Origin: Thermoanaerobaculia bacterium
GTDB lineage: Bacteria; Acidobacteriota; Thermoanaerobaculia; Gp7-AA8
Direction: 5' to 3'
Assembly: GCA_036390755.1 (NCBI GenBank)
Contig: DASWBH010000389.1
Location: forward strand, 7,269 to 71,268
Length of the DNA stretch: 64,000 nucleotides
The notes beneath the pieces are model-generated. The model searched no databases. It was given only the letters and a program-made list of their open reading frames with translations, and was not told the origin of the DNA. The position numbers were made by a program, and so were the translations under genes. This document shows positions 38,510-47,593 of the stretch, in pieces; position 1 is the first letter of the stretch, and each line of letters opens with the position of its first letter.

Positions 38510-39298
38510 ATGGCTGCGCCCGACGAGCCGTCCAAATCGTCTCGCCCCGTCTACCAGACGGATCTCGCCCAGACTCCGCTTCCTGAAATCCTCGCGACCG
38601 TTCACCGGTACAAGGCACCAGGCACGATCGAGTGCCGCCGTGGGAATGAGCTGAAGGAGATCTACCTCGATCAGGGGCAGATCATCTTCGCCACTTCCAA
38701 CCAGATCCGCGACTCCCTCGGCGACAAGCTTCTCCGCGACGGAAAGATCACACAGGAGCAGTACGACGAGAGCGTCCGCCGTCTCGTCAGCACGCGCAAA
38801 CGGCAGGGGACGATCCTCACGGAGATGAATGTCATCGCCGCCGGCGATCTGTTTGCCGCGCTGCGCGAGCAGATCCTCGAGATCGTCTGGTCCGTATTCG
38901 CCTGGGACGCCGGCACGGTCGCGTTCACGCCCGGCCGCCACAAGCAGCAGGAGTTCGTGAAGATCGACATTCCGATTCCGCAGGCGGTTCTGCAGGGCGC
39001 CCGGCGGATTCCTGACGCCAAGCCGCTCATGGGCCGCCTCGGCTCGAAGTCGACGCTGCTGACGCGCACGGACAAGCCGGCTGACGGACTGACGCTCGAC
39101 CTCGACGAGCAACGCCTGCTCGACGCCGCGAACGGGAAGACCGCGCTGTACGACATCGTCAACCTGCCGCCGCTCGGGGCCGGCATGAACGCGCGAATCC
39201 TCTACGCGTTTGTGGTGATGCAGCTGCTGACGGCGAAGGCGACCGAACGGGTCACGGTCAAGGTTGGCACGGACGGCGACTCCTACACCGGCGGATGA
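38510..39298 (+). CDS. DUF4388 domain-containing protein
   Basis: ..LAQTPLPEILATVHRYKAPGTIECRRGNELKEIYLDQGQIIFATSNQIRDSLGDKLLRDGKITQEQYDESV.. matches the DUF4388 pattern. Confidence 0.55.
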   Translation: MAAPDEPSKSSRPVYQTDLAQTPLPEILATVHRYKAPGTIECRRGNELKEIYLDQGQIIFATSNQIRDSLGDKLLRDGKITQEQYDESVRRLVSTRKRQGTILTEMNVIAAGDLFAALREQILEIVWSVFAWDAGTVAFTPGRHKQQEFVKIDIPIPQAVLQGARRIPDAKPLMGRLGSKSTLLTRTDKPADGLTLDLDEQRLLDAANGKTALYDIVNLPPLGAGMNARILYAFVVMQLLTAKATERVTVKVGTDGDSYTGG

Positions 39299-40143
39299 CG
39301 CGCTGGCTGATCACTGGCGGGTCCGGGATGGTTGCCACCGACCTTCGCGCCGAACTCGAGTCGCGCGACATCGACGTCGTCAGCGTCTCGAGGAATGACC
39401 TCGATCTGACCGACGCGCACGCGGTGTCGGCGGTCGTAGCGGATGTGAAGCCGTCAGTCATCGCGAACTGCGCCGCGTATACGAAGGTCGACGAATCCGA
39501 GGCGAATGAGGGGCTCGCAACGGCGGTGAACGGATCGGCTGTCGAAGCGCTCGTCGGCGCCGCGAATGAAGCGGACGCCGTGCTGATCCAGCTGTCGACG
39601 GATTTCGTGTTCGACGGCAGGAAGCGCGAGCCGTACGAGGTGAACGACGCGACCGCACCGCTGTCGGCGTACGGCCGGTCGAAGCTGGCGGGCGAGCACG
39701 CAGCCGGACGCGCGAAGCATCACCTCATCCTGCGAACGGCATGGCTGTTCGGCGTGCACGGCTACAACTTCGTCGAAGCGATCCGGAACCAGATCAGGAA
39801 GGGCACGAATCCGCTGCGCGTCGTCAACGATCAGCGCGGACGGCCGACGTACACGCCACATCTCGCGCGCGCGATCATCCGCCTCGCGCAAAACGAGCAG
39901 GCACGCGGCATCGTTCACTACGCCGACGAAGGCGAATGCACGTGGTACGAGTTCGCCTGCGCGATCGTCGCGGAGCTCGGCGCGCCGGCCCGCGTCGTTC
40001 CGGTGTCGACATCCAAATTTCCCCGTCCCGCTACGCGGCCGGCGTATTCGGTGCTGTCAACAGAGCGCTACGAGCGGCTCACGGGCGTGCGTCCGGAGTT
40101 GTGGCGCGACGGTCTGCGCGAGTATTTGTCGCTGCGTGCATGA
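39295..40143 (+). CDS. rfbD: dTDP-4-dehydrorhamnose reductase
   Basis: MTRWLITGGSGMVATDL.. with a YxxxK (YGRSK) Rossmann-fold reductase. 4-nt overlap with the upstream gene. Confidence 0.85.
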   Translation: MTRWLITGGSGMVATDLRAELESRDIDVVSVSRNDLDLTDAHAVSAVVADVKPSVIANCAAYTKVDESEANEGLATAVNGSAVEALVGAANEADAVLIQLSTDFVFDGRKREPYEVNDATAPLSAYGRSKLAGEHAAGRAKHHLILRTAWLFGVHGYNFVEAIRNQIRKGTNPLRVVNDQRGRPTYTPHLARAIIRLAQNEQARGIVHYADEGECTWYEFACAIVAELGAPARVVPVSTSKFPRPATRPAYSVLSTERYERLTGVRPELWRDGLREYLSLRA

Positions 40144-40885
40144 GGTACTCGATGTTTCCCTCGGCGCCTTTCACCGGGCTTTCGATGACGCCGCGAACGT
40201 CGAACCCGTTCTGGCGTGCAAAGTGAACGACTCCGTCGACCGCCTCTGCTCTCTTCGCCTCGTCGCGAACGATGCCGCCCTTGCCGACGTCCCCTTTGCC
40301 GACCTCGAACTGAGGTTTGATGAGCGCGACGAGCTCGCCCTCGAGAAACGTCGCCACCGCTGGCAGGATCAGCCTGAGCGGGATGAATGAGACGTCGATC
40401 GAGACGAAGTCGATCGGCTCATCGAAATCCGCAGCGCTGAGAAATCGCGCGTTCACTTTCTCGCGATTCACCACGCGCGGATCGTTGCGCAGCGACTGAT
40501 CGAGCTGCCCGTAACCGACGTCGATCGCGTAAACCTTCCTCGCGCCGTTCTTCAGCATCACGTCGGTGAAGCCGCCGGTCGAGGCGCCGATGTCGGCGCA
40601 GGTCTTCCCCGTGACGTCGATTGCAAACTCGCGGAGCGCGTGCGCGAGCTTCATCCCGCCGCGGCCGACCCAGGGATGTTCGAGCTCGACGACGCGCAGG
40701 TCATCGTCAGCGGAGACGGAAGCACCGGGCTTGTCGACGTACTGGTCGTTGACCATGACGCGGCGCGCCATGATCAGTGATTGCGCTTTGGAGCGGGTCT
40801 CGACGAGGCCGCGCTCGACGAGCGCGACATCGAGCCGTTGTTTAGGCGCGGAACGAGACGGCACGCGGCATCTGCTCGCCTTCAT
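40079..40885 (-). CDS. tlyA: TlyA family rRNA (cytidine-2'-O)-methyltransferase
   Basis: ..KQRLDVALVERGLVETRSKAQSLI.. (S4 domain) plus an FtsJ-like methyltransferase (..DIGASTGGFTDVML..). The true start is probably an internal GTG near 40864. The gene overlaps the dxs 3' end. Confidence 0.82.
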   Translation of the reverse strand: MKASRCRVPSRSAPKQRLDVALVERGLVETRSKAQSLIMARRVMVNDQYVDKPGASVSADDDLRVVELEHPWVGRGGMKLAHALREFAIDVTGKTCADIGASTGGFTDVMLKNGARKVYAIDVGYGQLDQSLRNDPRVVNREKVNARFLSAADFDEPIDFVSIDVSFIPLRLILPAVATFLEGELVALIKPQFEVGKGDVGKGGIVRDEAKRAEAVDGVVHFARQNGFDVRGVIESPVKGAEGNIEYLMHAATNTRADRRATTPDARP

Positions 40886-42767
40886 GCTCGCCGGCCAGGA
40901 ACTCGCGCACGCGCCGCGCGATGCCTTCGCCGTGAAGGTCGTACTGCGCCCGCAGAACGTCCTGCGAGCCGTGGTGCACGTATTCGTCGGGGATGCCGAT
41001 GCGATGGAACTTCACGGCTTCGATGCCGAGGTGCTGCACGCGCTCCATCACCGCCGATCCGAATCCACCAGCCAGCGCGCCTTCCTCGACCGTGATGACT
41101 TTCGCGCCCGCTTTGCAGAAACGCGCGACCAGTTGGTCGTCGATCGGCTTGATGAAGCGGGCGTTGATCACGGCGATGTTCACGCCTTCCTTCGCAAGGA
41201 TCTCCGCCGCGTTCACCGCGGGCCACACTTCGTTGCCGATCGCGAAGATCACCGCGTCGCTGCCCTCGCGCATCACTTCGCCTTTGCCGACCGGCAGCGA
41301 CTTCAGCTCCGGCTCGAGCACAACTCCGAACCCGTTGCCGCGCGGATAGCGCAGCGACGTCGGATGTCCGGTCTCGAACGCGGTCTTCAGCATGTGCCGA
41401 AGCTCGTTCTCGTCCTTCGGCGCCATGCAGATCATGTTCGGGAAGAGCCGCAGGTAGGCCATGTCGTAGATACCGTGATGCGTCGGGCCGTCCTGGCCGG
41501 CGATGCCGGCACGGTCCAGCGCGAACACGACCGGCAGATCCATGATCGCGACGTCGTGGAAAACCTGATCGAACGCGCGCTGCAGGAACGTCGAGTAGAT
41601 CGCGGCGATCGGCTTCATGCCCTGCGTCGTCATGCCGCCGCTGAACGTGACCGCGTGCTCCTCGGCGATGCCGACGTCGAACATGCGGTCCGGGAAGACT
41701 TTCGCAAATTTATCGAGGCCCGTTCCTTCCGGCATCGCCGCGGTGATCGCGACGATCTTCGGCTCATGCCTGGCGAGCTCGATCAGCGCGTCTGAAAAAA
41801 TCGAGGTGTAAGACGGTGGCGCCGGCTTGTCCGACTTCTTCACGACGCCGGACGCGATATCGAACGGCGTCACTCCGTGCGACCAGATCGGCTTGTCCTC
41901 GGCCGGAACGTAGCCTTTCCCCTTCTTCGTGATGACGTGGATGAGGACCGGGCCGTCGTAATCCTTGTTCTCTTCGAAGATGTCGATGAGCGACAGCAGG
42001 TCGTGCCCGTCGTACGGTCCGAGGTACTTGAAGCCGAGCTCCTCGAAGAGCGTGCCCGGAACGATCATCTGCTTGAACAGCTGCTCCATGTCGGACGCGA
42101 GACCGTGCAGTTTGCCGCCGATCAGCGGGATGCGATCCATCACGCCCTTCGCGAGATCCTTCGCCTGGTTGTAGCGCTGGCCCTTGATGATCGAGTTGAG
42201 ATAGCCCGACATCGCGCCGACGTTCGTCGAGATCGACATGTCGTTGTCGTTCAGGACGATCATCAGCTTCCGTTTGAGGTGTCCGGCCTGATTGAGTCCT
42301 TCGAGAGCCAGTCCGCCGGACAGCGCGCCATCGCCGATGACGGCGACCACGTTGTAGTCCTCTTTGCGGAAGTCGCGCGCGACGGCGATGCCGAGCGCGG
42401 CGGAGATCGACGTCGACGCATGCCCGGCGTTGAAGACGTCGTACTCCGACTCTTCGCGCTTGCAGAATCCGGAAATGCCGTCGTGCTGGCGGATCGTCGG
42501 GAACGTCTCGCGACGTCCGGTGATCAACTTGTGCGGATAGCTCTGATGGCCGGTGTCAAAGACGATCTGATCGCGCGGCGTGTTGAAGACGTAGTGCAGC
42601 GCGAGGGTCAGCTCGACGATGCCGAGGTTGCCGCCAAAGTGCCCGCCGACGCGGGAGACGACGTCGATGATCGTGTCGCGGATCTCCTGCGCCACCTGCG
42701 GCAACTGCTTGCGATCGAGCTTCCGGAGGTCGGCTGGAGTGTTGATGCTGTCGAGAAGTCGGCCCAT
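40842..42767 (-). CDS. dxs: 1-deoxy-D-xylulose-5-phosphate synthase
   Basis: MGRLLDSINTPADLRKL.., a TPP-binding GDGALSGG motif, and full length of 641 aa. Confidence 0.95.
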   Translation of the reverse strand: MGRLLDSINTPADLRKLDRKQLPQVAQEIRDTIIDVVSRVGGHFGGNLGIVELTLALHYVFNTPRDQIVFDTGHQSYPHKLITGRRETFPTIRQHDGISGFCKREESEYDVFNAGHASTSISAALGIAVARDFRKEDYNVVAVIGDGALSGGLALEGLNQAGHLKRKLMIVLNDNDMSISTNVGAMSGYLNSIIKGQRYNQAKDLAKGVMDRIPLIGGKLHGLASDMEQLFKQMIVPGTLFEELGFKYLGPYDGHDLLSLIDIFEENKDYDGPVLIHVITKKGKGYVPAEDKPIWSHGVTPFDIASGVVKKSDKPAPPSYTSIFSDALIELARHEPKIVAITAAMPEGTGLDKFAKVFPDRMFDVGIAEEHAVTFSGGMTTQGMKPIAAIYSTFLQRAFDQVFHDVAIMDLPVVFALDRAGIAGQDGPTHHGIYDMAYLRLFPNMICMAPKDENELRHMLKTAFETGHPTSLRYPRGNGFGVVLEPELKSLPVGKGEVMREGSDAVIFAIGNEVWPAVNAAEILAKEGVNIAVINARFIKPIDDQLVARFCKAGAKVITVEEGALAGGFGSAVMERVQHLGIEAVKFHRIGIPDEYVHHGSQDVLRAQYDLHGEGIARRVREFLAGEHEGEQMPRAVSFRA

Positions 42768-42769
42768 GG

Positions 42770-43690
42770 CTATGAACGGCGGTCGCAGATAAAACGCGCG
42801 ATGTCCGCCAGATAGTTCACAGGGCCGGCGATCATATCAGCGTTCTCTACGGCCGTCCGGAGGAGGGCCGCGACCTCGGCCCGTGCCGCTTCCGCACCAA
42901 CGACGGCCGGATACGTCAGCTTCCCCTGCGCCGCGTCCTTCCCGGCAGTCTTGCCGAGCGTGGCGGAGGACTGCTCCCGATCGAGGAGATCGTCGACGAT
43001 CTGGAAGGCGAGACCGAGCGAGCTGCCGTAGTGGGCGAGGCGTACGAGCTGGTCATCGCTGCCCCCGCCGAGGATCCCGCCGAGCAGGACGGACGCGGTG
43101 ATGAGCTTGCCGGTCTTGTTGCGGTGGATGAACCGGACGCGCCGCAGTCCTCCCTCTCCCGCGTACGGGAGAGGGTGGCGCGAAGCGCCGAGTGAGGGCG
43201 TTTCCTCCAGATCCGCGACCTGCCCACCGATCATCCCGGTCGAGTCGACCGCCTGAGCGATGGTCGTGATCGCGCGCAGCTGCCGCTCCGCGGGGATGCC
43301 CGCAACCGGCCGCGCAAGCCACGAGAACGCCTCGGTCAGCAGCGCATCGCCCGTGAGGATGCCGATCGCCTCGCCGTAGACCACGTGCGTCGTCTTGCGC
43401 CCGCGGCGGAGATCGTCGTTGTCGAGCGCCGGCAGGTCGTCATGGACGAGCGAGTACGTGTGGATCAGCTCGAGCGCGGCGAACGGAACGAGCAGCGGCT
43501 GCACGGCGGCGCCAACCGACTCGGCCGCCGCAATCGCGAGGATCGGCCGGATCCTCTTGCCGCCGCCGAGGACGGCGTAACGCATCGCCTCGTGAATGAC
43601 GGCAGGCTCGGTGTCCGGCTCTGGCAGGTTCCCGGTCAGCGTCTGTTCGACCAGCGCGCGACGATCCTGGAGAAAGGATTCGAGTCGCAT
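42770..43690 (-). CDS. ispA: Farnesyl/geranyl diphosphate synthase, with an in-frame family-2 repeat insertion
   Basis: LIHTYSLVHDDLP and FQIVDDLLD. The repeat at 43145-43198 inserts ..TPSLGASRHPLPYAGEGG.. between the DLEE and IHRNKTG motifs. Confidence 0.9.
   Translation of the reverse strand: MRLESFLQDRRALVEQTLTGNLPEPDTEPAVIHEAMRYAVLGGGKRIRPILAIAAAESVGAAVQPLLVPFAALELIHTYSLVHDDLPALDNDDLRRGRKTTHVVYGEAIGILTGDALLTEAFSWLARPVAGIPAERQLRAITTIAQAVDSTGMIGGQVADLEETPSLGASRHPLPYAGEGGLRRVRFIHRNKTGKLITASVLLGGILGGGSDDQLVRLAHYGSSLGLAFQIVDDLLDREQSSATLGKTAGKDAAQGKLTYPAVVGAEAARAEVAALLRTAVENADMIAGPVNYLADIARFICDRRS
43145..43198. repeat. Short repeat with internal palindrome, family 2 copy B, in-frame inside ispA
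   Basis: cagtcctCCCTCTCCCGCGTACGGGAGAGGGtggcgcgaagcgccgagtgaggg. It is inverted relative to copy A, although both host genes are on the minus strand. Confidence 0.75.
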
Positions 43691-43951
43691 CTAGCGGTCG
43701 TCATCGTCGTCGTCAAGATCCGCTACGGGCTCGAACGGCTCGATCTGCGGCTGCCCCTTGGCGTCGGCGAGGATCAGCTCGATGCGTTTCTCGACCTCTT
43801 CGAGCCGCTGATGACAGAAGCGGGAGAGGTTGATGCCCTGCTCGAACAAACGGAGCGACTCATCGAGCGGCAGCTCCTCGGTCTCGAGCCGCTGCACGAT
43901 CGTCTCGAGCTCCTTGAACGCCTTCTCGAAATCGTTGCGACGGACCGCCAC
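43691..43951 (-). CDS. xseB: Exodeoxyribonuclease VII small subunit
   Basis: ..FEKAFKELETIVQRLETEELPLDESLRLFEQGINLSRFCHQRLEEVE.. Conserved position between xseA and ispA. Confidence 0.85.
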   Translation of the reverse strand: MAVRRNDFEKAFKELETIVQRLETEELPLDESLRLFEQGINLSRFCHQRLEEVEKRIELILADAKGQPQIEPFEPVADLDDDDDDR

Positions 43952-43970
43952 GGGCGCAGGTTATAGCACG

Positions 43971-45281
43971 CTACTGTCGCTCGGACTTCACTTCGGGCCA
44001 GACGCTCTCGATGCCCAGGGTCTTCGCGTCGACGGTGCAGTTGAGCGCACCTTTCTTCAGCTGGACTTCGATCGCGTCGCCGGCCTGCACGGCGGCCGAG
44101 TCGAGGATCGGTTTGCGTCGATTGCGCACGCGCGAGAACGCGATCGCGTAGCCGCGCGAGAGCACCGAGAGCGGCGACACTGCAGCGAGTTTTCCGGCGA
44201 TCGCTTCGAGGCGATGCCGTTCCGTCTCGATCAGCCGCGGATAACGCGCGAGCGGCTGGTCCGCACTCTCGAGGCGTCGCCGCAGCAGGCGCGCGCGCGC
44301 CTCGAGCAATCGATAGAGGCCGAGACGGCAACGCTGCAGCTTCTCGCGCTGCATCGCGATCCGCCGCGGCACGATGCCCAGCCGATCGGAGGACGCGAGG
44401 TGGCGCAACTCGTGCCGGTAGTTCCGCACGCGCGACTCGATGATCTGGCGGACGCGGCGCACCGACGTCTCGATCTGGCTGCAGATCTCGCTCTTCGCGC
44501 GCACGACGATCTCCGCGGCCGCTGACGGCGTCGGCGCGCGCAAGTCGGCGACGAGATCTGCGATCGTGAAGTCGGTCTCGTGGCCGATGCCGGAGATCGT
44601 CGGGATCGTGCACGCCGCGATCGCGCGCGCGACGACTTCTTCGTTGAACGGCCACAGGTCCTCGAGTGATCCTCCACCGCGGCAGATCAGCACCACGTCG
44701 TGCAGCTGCCAACGCGAAAGATGCCGGATCGCTGTCGCGATCTCGCGTGCGGCCGCGGTGCCCTGCACGCGCACCGGGTAGATCTGCAGCGACAGGCCTT
44801 CGAACCGGCGGCCGAGGACGTTGAGGATGTCGCGGATCGCGGCGCCGGTCGGACTGGTGACGACGGCGAGCCGCTGCGGGAGCATCGGAATCGCTTTCTT
44901 CCGGGCGGCGTCGAACAAGCCTTCTTCGGCGAGCCGTTTCTTCAACTGCTCGAACGCGAGCTGCAGCGCGCCGAGGCCCGCCGGCTCAACAGCGACGGCG
45001 TTGAGCTGGAACTCGCCGCGCTGTTCGTACACAGACAATCGGCCGCGCACCACGAGCTGCAGTCCGTTCTCGATCCGGAACTTCAGGAAACGTGCATTCG
45101 TAGCGAATAAAACGATTCGTAATTGTGCGCGATTATCCTTGAGCGAAAAGTAGTGATGACCGGCGGTCGACTTCGTATAGTTGGAGACTTCCCCTTCGAC
45201 GGCCACGTCGTTGTAGCGAAACAGATCCAAATTGATCTGACGGATCAGCTCGGATGGCGAGTAAACGTCCTTATCGGCCAT
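43971..45281 (-). CDS. xseA: Exodeoxyribonuclease VII large subunit
   Basis: N-terminal OB fold (..YSPSELIRQINLDLFRYNDVAVEGEVSNY..) and a catalytic core (..RGGGSLEDLW..). Confidence 0.9.
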   Translation of the reverse strand: MADKDVYSPSELIRQINLDLFRYNDVAVEGEVSNYTKSTAGHHYFSLKDNRAQLRIVLFATNARFLKFRIENGLQLVVRGRLSVYEQRGEFQLNAVAVEPAGLGALQLAFEQLKKRLAEEGLFDAARKKAIPMLPQRLAVVTSPTGAAIRDILNVLGRRFEGLSLQIYPVRVQGTAAAREIATAIRHLSRWQLHDVVLICRGGGSLEDLWPFNEEVVARAIAACTIPTISGIGHETDFTIADLVADLRAPTPSAAAEIVVRAKSEICSQIETSVRRVRQIIESRVRNYRHELRHLASSDRLGIVPRRIAMQREKLQRCRLGLYRLLEARARLLRRRLESADQPLARYPRLIETERHRLEAIAGKLAAVSPLSVLSRGYAIAFSRVRNRRKPILDSAAVQAGDAIEVQLKKGALNCTVDAKTLGIESVWPEVKSERQ

Positions 45282-45363
45282 TTCCGGAGTGTAAGTCAGG
45301 CAAGCGCATTGCTCTAGTCATTGCCAGCCGGCGCGAGCCGGTATGAAAGACAGAGGAACGGAT

Positions 45364-45948
45364 ATGAAGAATCTGAAAGCGACCTGTGCCTTGATCGCAC
45401 TCACAATGGTCCCCTTTCTCGGCGCTTGCGCGCACCACAATGCCGCGACGAACGACAACGATATCGTCCAGGTGACGAACTCGAACAATAGCGGCGGCAC
45501 CGCCGTCGTCCCGGGCCCGGCGAAAGTCGACAGCAAGGGCGGCGTTTATACGAGCAGCTCCGCTCCCGGCACCGGTAACTCGGACAACGTCGGCACGAAC
45601 ACGAACGTCAACCTCGTTCCGAAGCAGTCGACCTCGACCGTGACGGTCACGCAGAGCCCGATGGAAACGCCGGCTCCTACGGCGATCATCCAGACGCCGG
45701 TTACGTCCGGCAGCGAGACCACGATCACCACCACGACCGAGACGGTCACCACGCCGCTTCCGGCCCCGGTGGTCGCAGAAGTTCCGCCTGCTCCGGCTCC
45801 CGCGCCGATCGTCGAGACGCCCGCGCCTGCGCCCGAGCCGACGATGACCAGCTCTTCAACGACTGAGGAGACAGTGACCACTCCGGCCCCGGAGGAGAAG
45901 ACGACGAAGACGACCCATCGTCATCACCGCAGAATGGCCAAAGAGTAA
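45364..45948 (+). CDS. Thr/Pro-rich lipoprotein
   Basis: Signal peptide with lipobox (..LTMVPFLGAC). A long T/P/V low-complexity region and a basic C-terminus (HRHHRRMAKE). Confidence 0.5.
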   Translation: MKNLKATCALIALTMVPFLGACAHHNAATNDNDIVQVTNSNNSGGTAVVPGPAKVDSKGGVYTSSSAPGTGNSDNVGTNTNVNLVPKQSTSTVTVTQSPMETPAPTAIIQTPVTSGSETTITTTTETVTTPLPAPVVAEVPPAPAPAPIVETPAPAPEPTMTSSSTTEETVTTPAPEEKTTKTTHRHHRRMAKE

Positions 45949-45978
45949 GCTCGACCCGATCGCAACAACTGTGAGACA

Positions 45979-46010
45979 AGGGCCTCCACAGCGAGGCCCT
46001 TTTTCTTTTT
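45979..46010. terminator. Rho-independent terminator, bidirectional (lipoprotein gene on + and mlaF on -)
   Basis: The stem AGGGCCTC...GAGGCCCT is followed by TTTTCTTTTT. On the other strand an A-run precedes it. Confidence 0.6.
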
Positions 46011-46821
46011 ATTCGCTCCGCTCGAATTCCTCGGCGTCGTACGGCAGCGGCGCCACCGGCTCCATTTCCGTCAACGGACCTGACGCGCGTCCCTCGATGA
46101 ACTGCTGCACGATCGGGTTCTTCGACTCCTGGAACTGCTCCGGCGAGCCCTGTTCGATGATGTGCCCGCGATGCAGCATCGCCACGCGATCGGCGATCTT
46201 GAACGCGACCTTCATGTCGTGAGTGATCGTGACCGTGGTCGTGTTCAGGTTCGTATCCATCTCCAGAATCAGATCGGCGATGACGTCGCTGATGACGGGA
46301 TCGAGGCCCGTGGTCGGCTCATCGAACAGCAGAATCGCCGGCTGCAGCGAGATCGCACGCGCGAATCCGACGCGCCGGCGCATGCCACCTGACAACTCGG
46401 AAGGTCGCTTGGTCTCCACGGCGACGAGGTGAACCTGATCGAGGCACTCCTGCACCCGGCGGCGAACCTGCTCCTCGGTCATCTGCGTGTGGCGGCGCAG
46501 CGGAAAAGCGATGTTCTCGAAGACCGACATGGAGTCGAACAGCGCGCCTTCCTGAAACGCCATTCCGAAGCGCTGGCGGAATCGATTCAGCTCGACCGGG
46601 CGCATGCAACAGAGGTCCTGGCCGTCGACGTACACGTGACCTTTGTCCGGCTGCAGCAGGCCGATGATGTGCTTGAGCGTGACGCTCTTCCCGGTGCCCG
46701 ATCCGCCGACGATGACGAACGACTCGCCTTTCTCGACGTCGATCGACATGTCGCGCAGCACTTCTTTTCCCGCGAAGGATTTGTAGATGTGCTGCAGGGA
46801 GATGGTCGGGTCTTCGCGCAT
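46009..46821 (-). CDS. mlaF: ABC transporter ATP-binding protein (MlaF/Ttg2A family)
   Basis: Walker A GGSGTGKS, signature LSGGMRRRVGFARA, and Walker B LLFDEPTTGLD. Confidence 0.85.
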   Translation of the reverse strand: MREDPTISLQHIYKSFAGKEVLRDMSIDVEKGESFVIVGGSGTGKSVTLKHIIGLLQPDKGHVYVDGQDLCCMRPVELNRFRQRFGMAFQEGALFDSMSVFENIAFPLRRHTQMTEEQVRRRVQECLDQVHLVAVETKRPSELSGGMRRRVGFARAISLQPAILLFDEPTTGLDPVISDVIADLILEMDTNLNTTTVTITHDMKVAFKIADRVAMLHRGHIIEQGSPEQFQESKNPIVQQFIEGRASGPLTEMEPVAPLPYDAEEFERSE

Positions 46822-46822
46822 G

Positions 46823-47593
46823 TCAGAAGAGGATCTTCGTGAGAAAGAAATCGCTGAGCAGGATGATGAGCGACGCGCTGACTACCGCATTGGTCGTGGC
46901 CCGCCCGACCCCTTCAGCTCCACCGCTCGTGTAGTAGCCGCGCACGCAGCCAGTGTGGGTCAGGATCAATCCGAAGACGGCTGCTTTGATCGCGCCGCTC
47001 CAGACGTCTTTCATTTGCAGATATTGAAACGTGTTCTGCTCGTAGAGGATCGGATTCGCGTGCATCAGTTTCACACCGACGAGATAGCCGCCGCCGATGC
47101 CGAGCGCATCGCCCAGGATCACGAGGAACGGCAGCATGATGATGCCGGCGATGACGCGCGGCACGAAGAGATAATGCACGGGCTCGGTTGCCAGCGCCTT
47201 CAGCGCATCGATCTGCTCGGTCACGCGCATCGTGCCGATCTCCGCAGCCATCGAGGATCCGACGCGGCCCGTCACCATGAGGCCGACGAGAACCGGTGAC
47301 AGCTCGCGCAGCATCGCCAGTGCGACAACACTGCCGACGAAGTTCTCGGCGTGTACGCGCTGGAAGCCGTTGTACGTCTGCAGCGCGAGCACCATTCCGG
47401 TGAACATCGCCGTCAGGAAGACGACCGGGATCGACTCGACGCCGAGGCGGACCATCTGCCGGAGCCACTCATGAACCTCGAACGGCGGGCGGACGGACCA
47501 CGTCATCGTCCGCCACAACATGCGGAACCACAGTCCGGTCTGCTCGAACAGACGGATGAAAACGTGTCCGACGCGATCGAACAGACGATTCAT
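46823..47593 (-). CDS. mlaE: ABC transporter permease (MlaE family)
   Basis: Polytopic permease with MlaE-like conserved segments (..ELSPVLVGLMVTGRVGSSMAAEIGTMRVTEQIDAL..). Confidence 0.85.
   Translation of the reverse strand: MNRLFDRVGHVFIRLFEQTGLWFRMLWRTMTWSVRPPFEVHEWLRQMVRLGVESIPVVFLTAMFTGMVLALQTYNGFQRVHAENFVGSVVALAMLRELSPVLVGLMVTGRVGSSMAAEIGTMRVTEQIDALKALATEPVHYLFVPRVIAGIIMLPFLVILGDALGIGGGYLVGVKLMHANPILYEQNTFQYLQMKDVWSGAIKAAVFGLILTHTGCVRGYYTSGGAEGVGRATTNAVVSASLIILLSDFFLTKILF

Noticed and set aside
45540-45900. Thr/Pro/Ala-rich nucleotide periodicity in the lipoprotein gene, considered as a tandem DNA repeat or CRISPR-like array
   Set aside because: There are no exact direct repeats with unique spacers. 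The periodicity is low-complexity coding sequence (TTTETVTTP…APAPAP…). It is not a CRISPR array or a VNTR.
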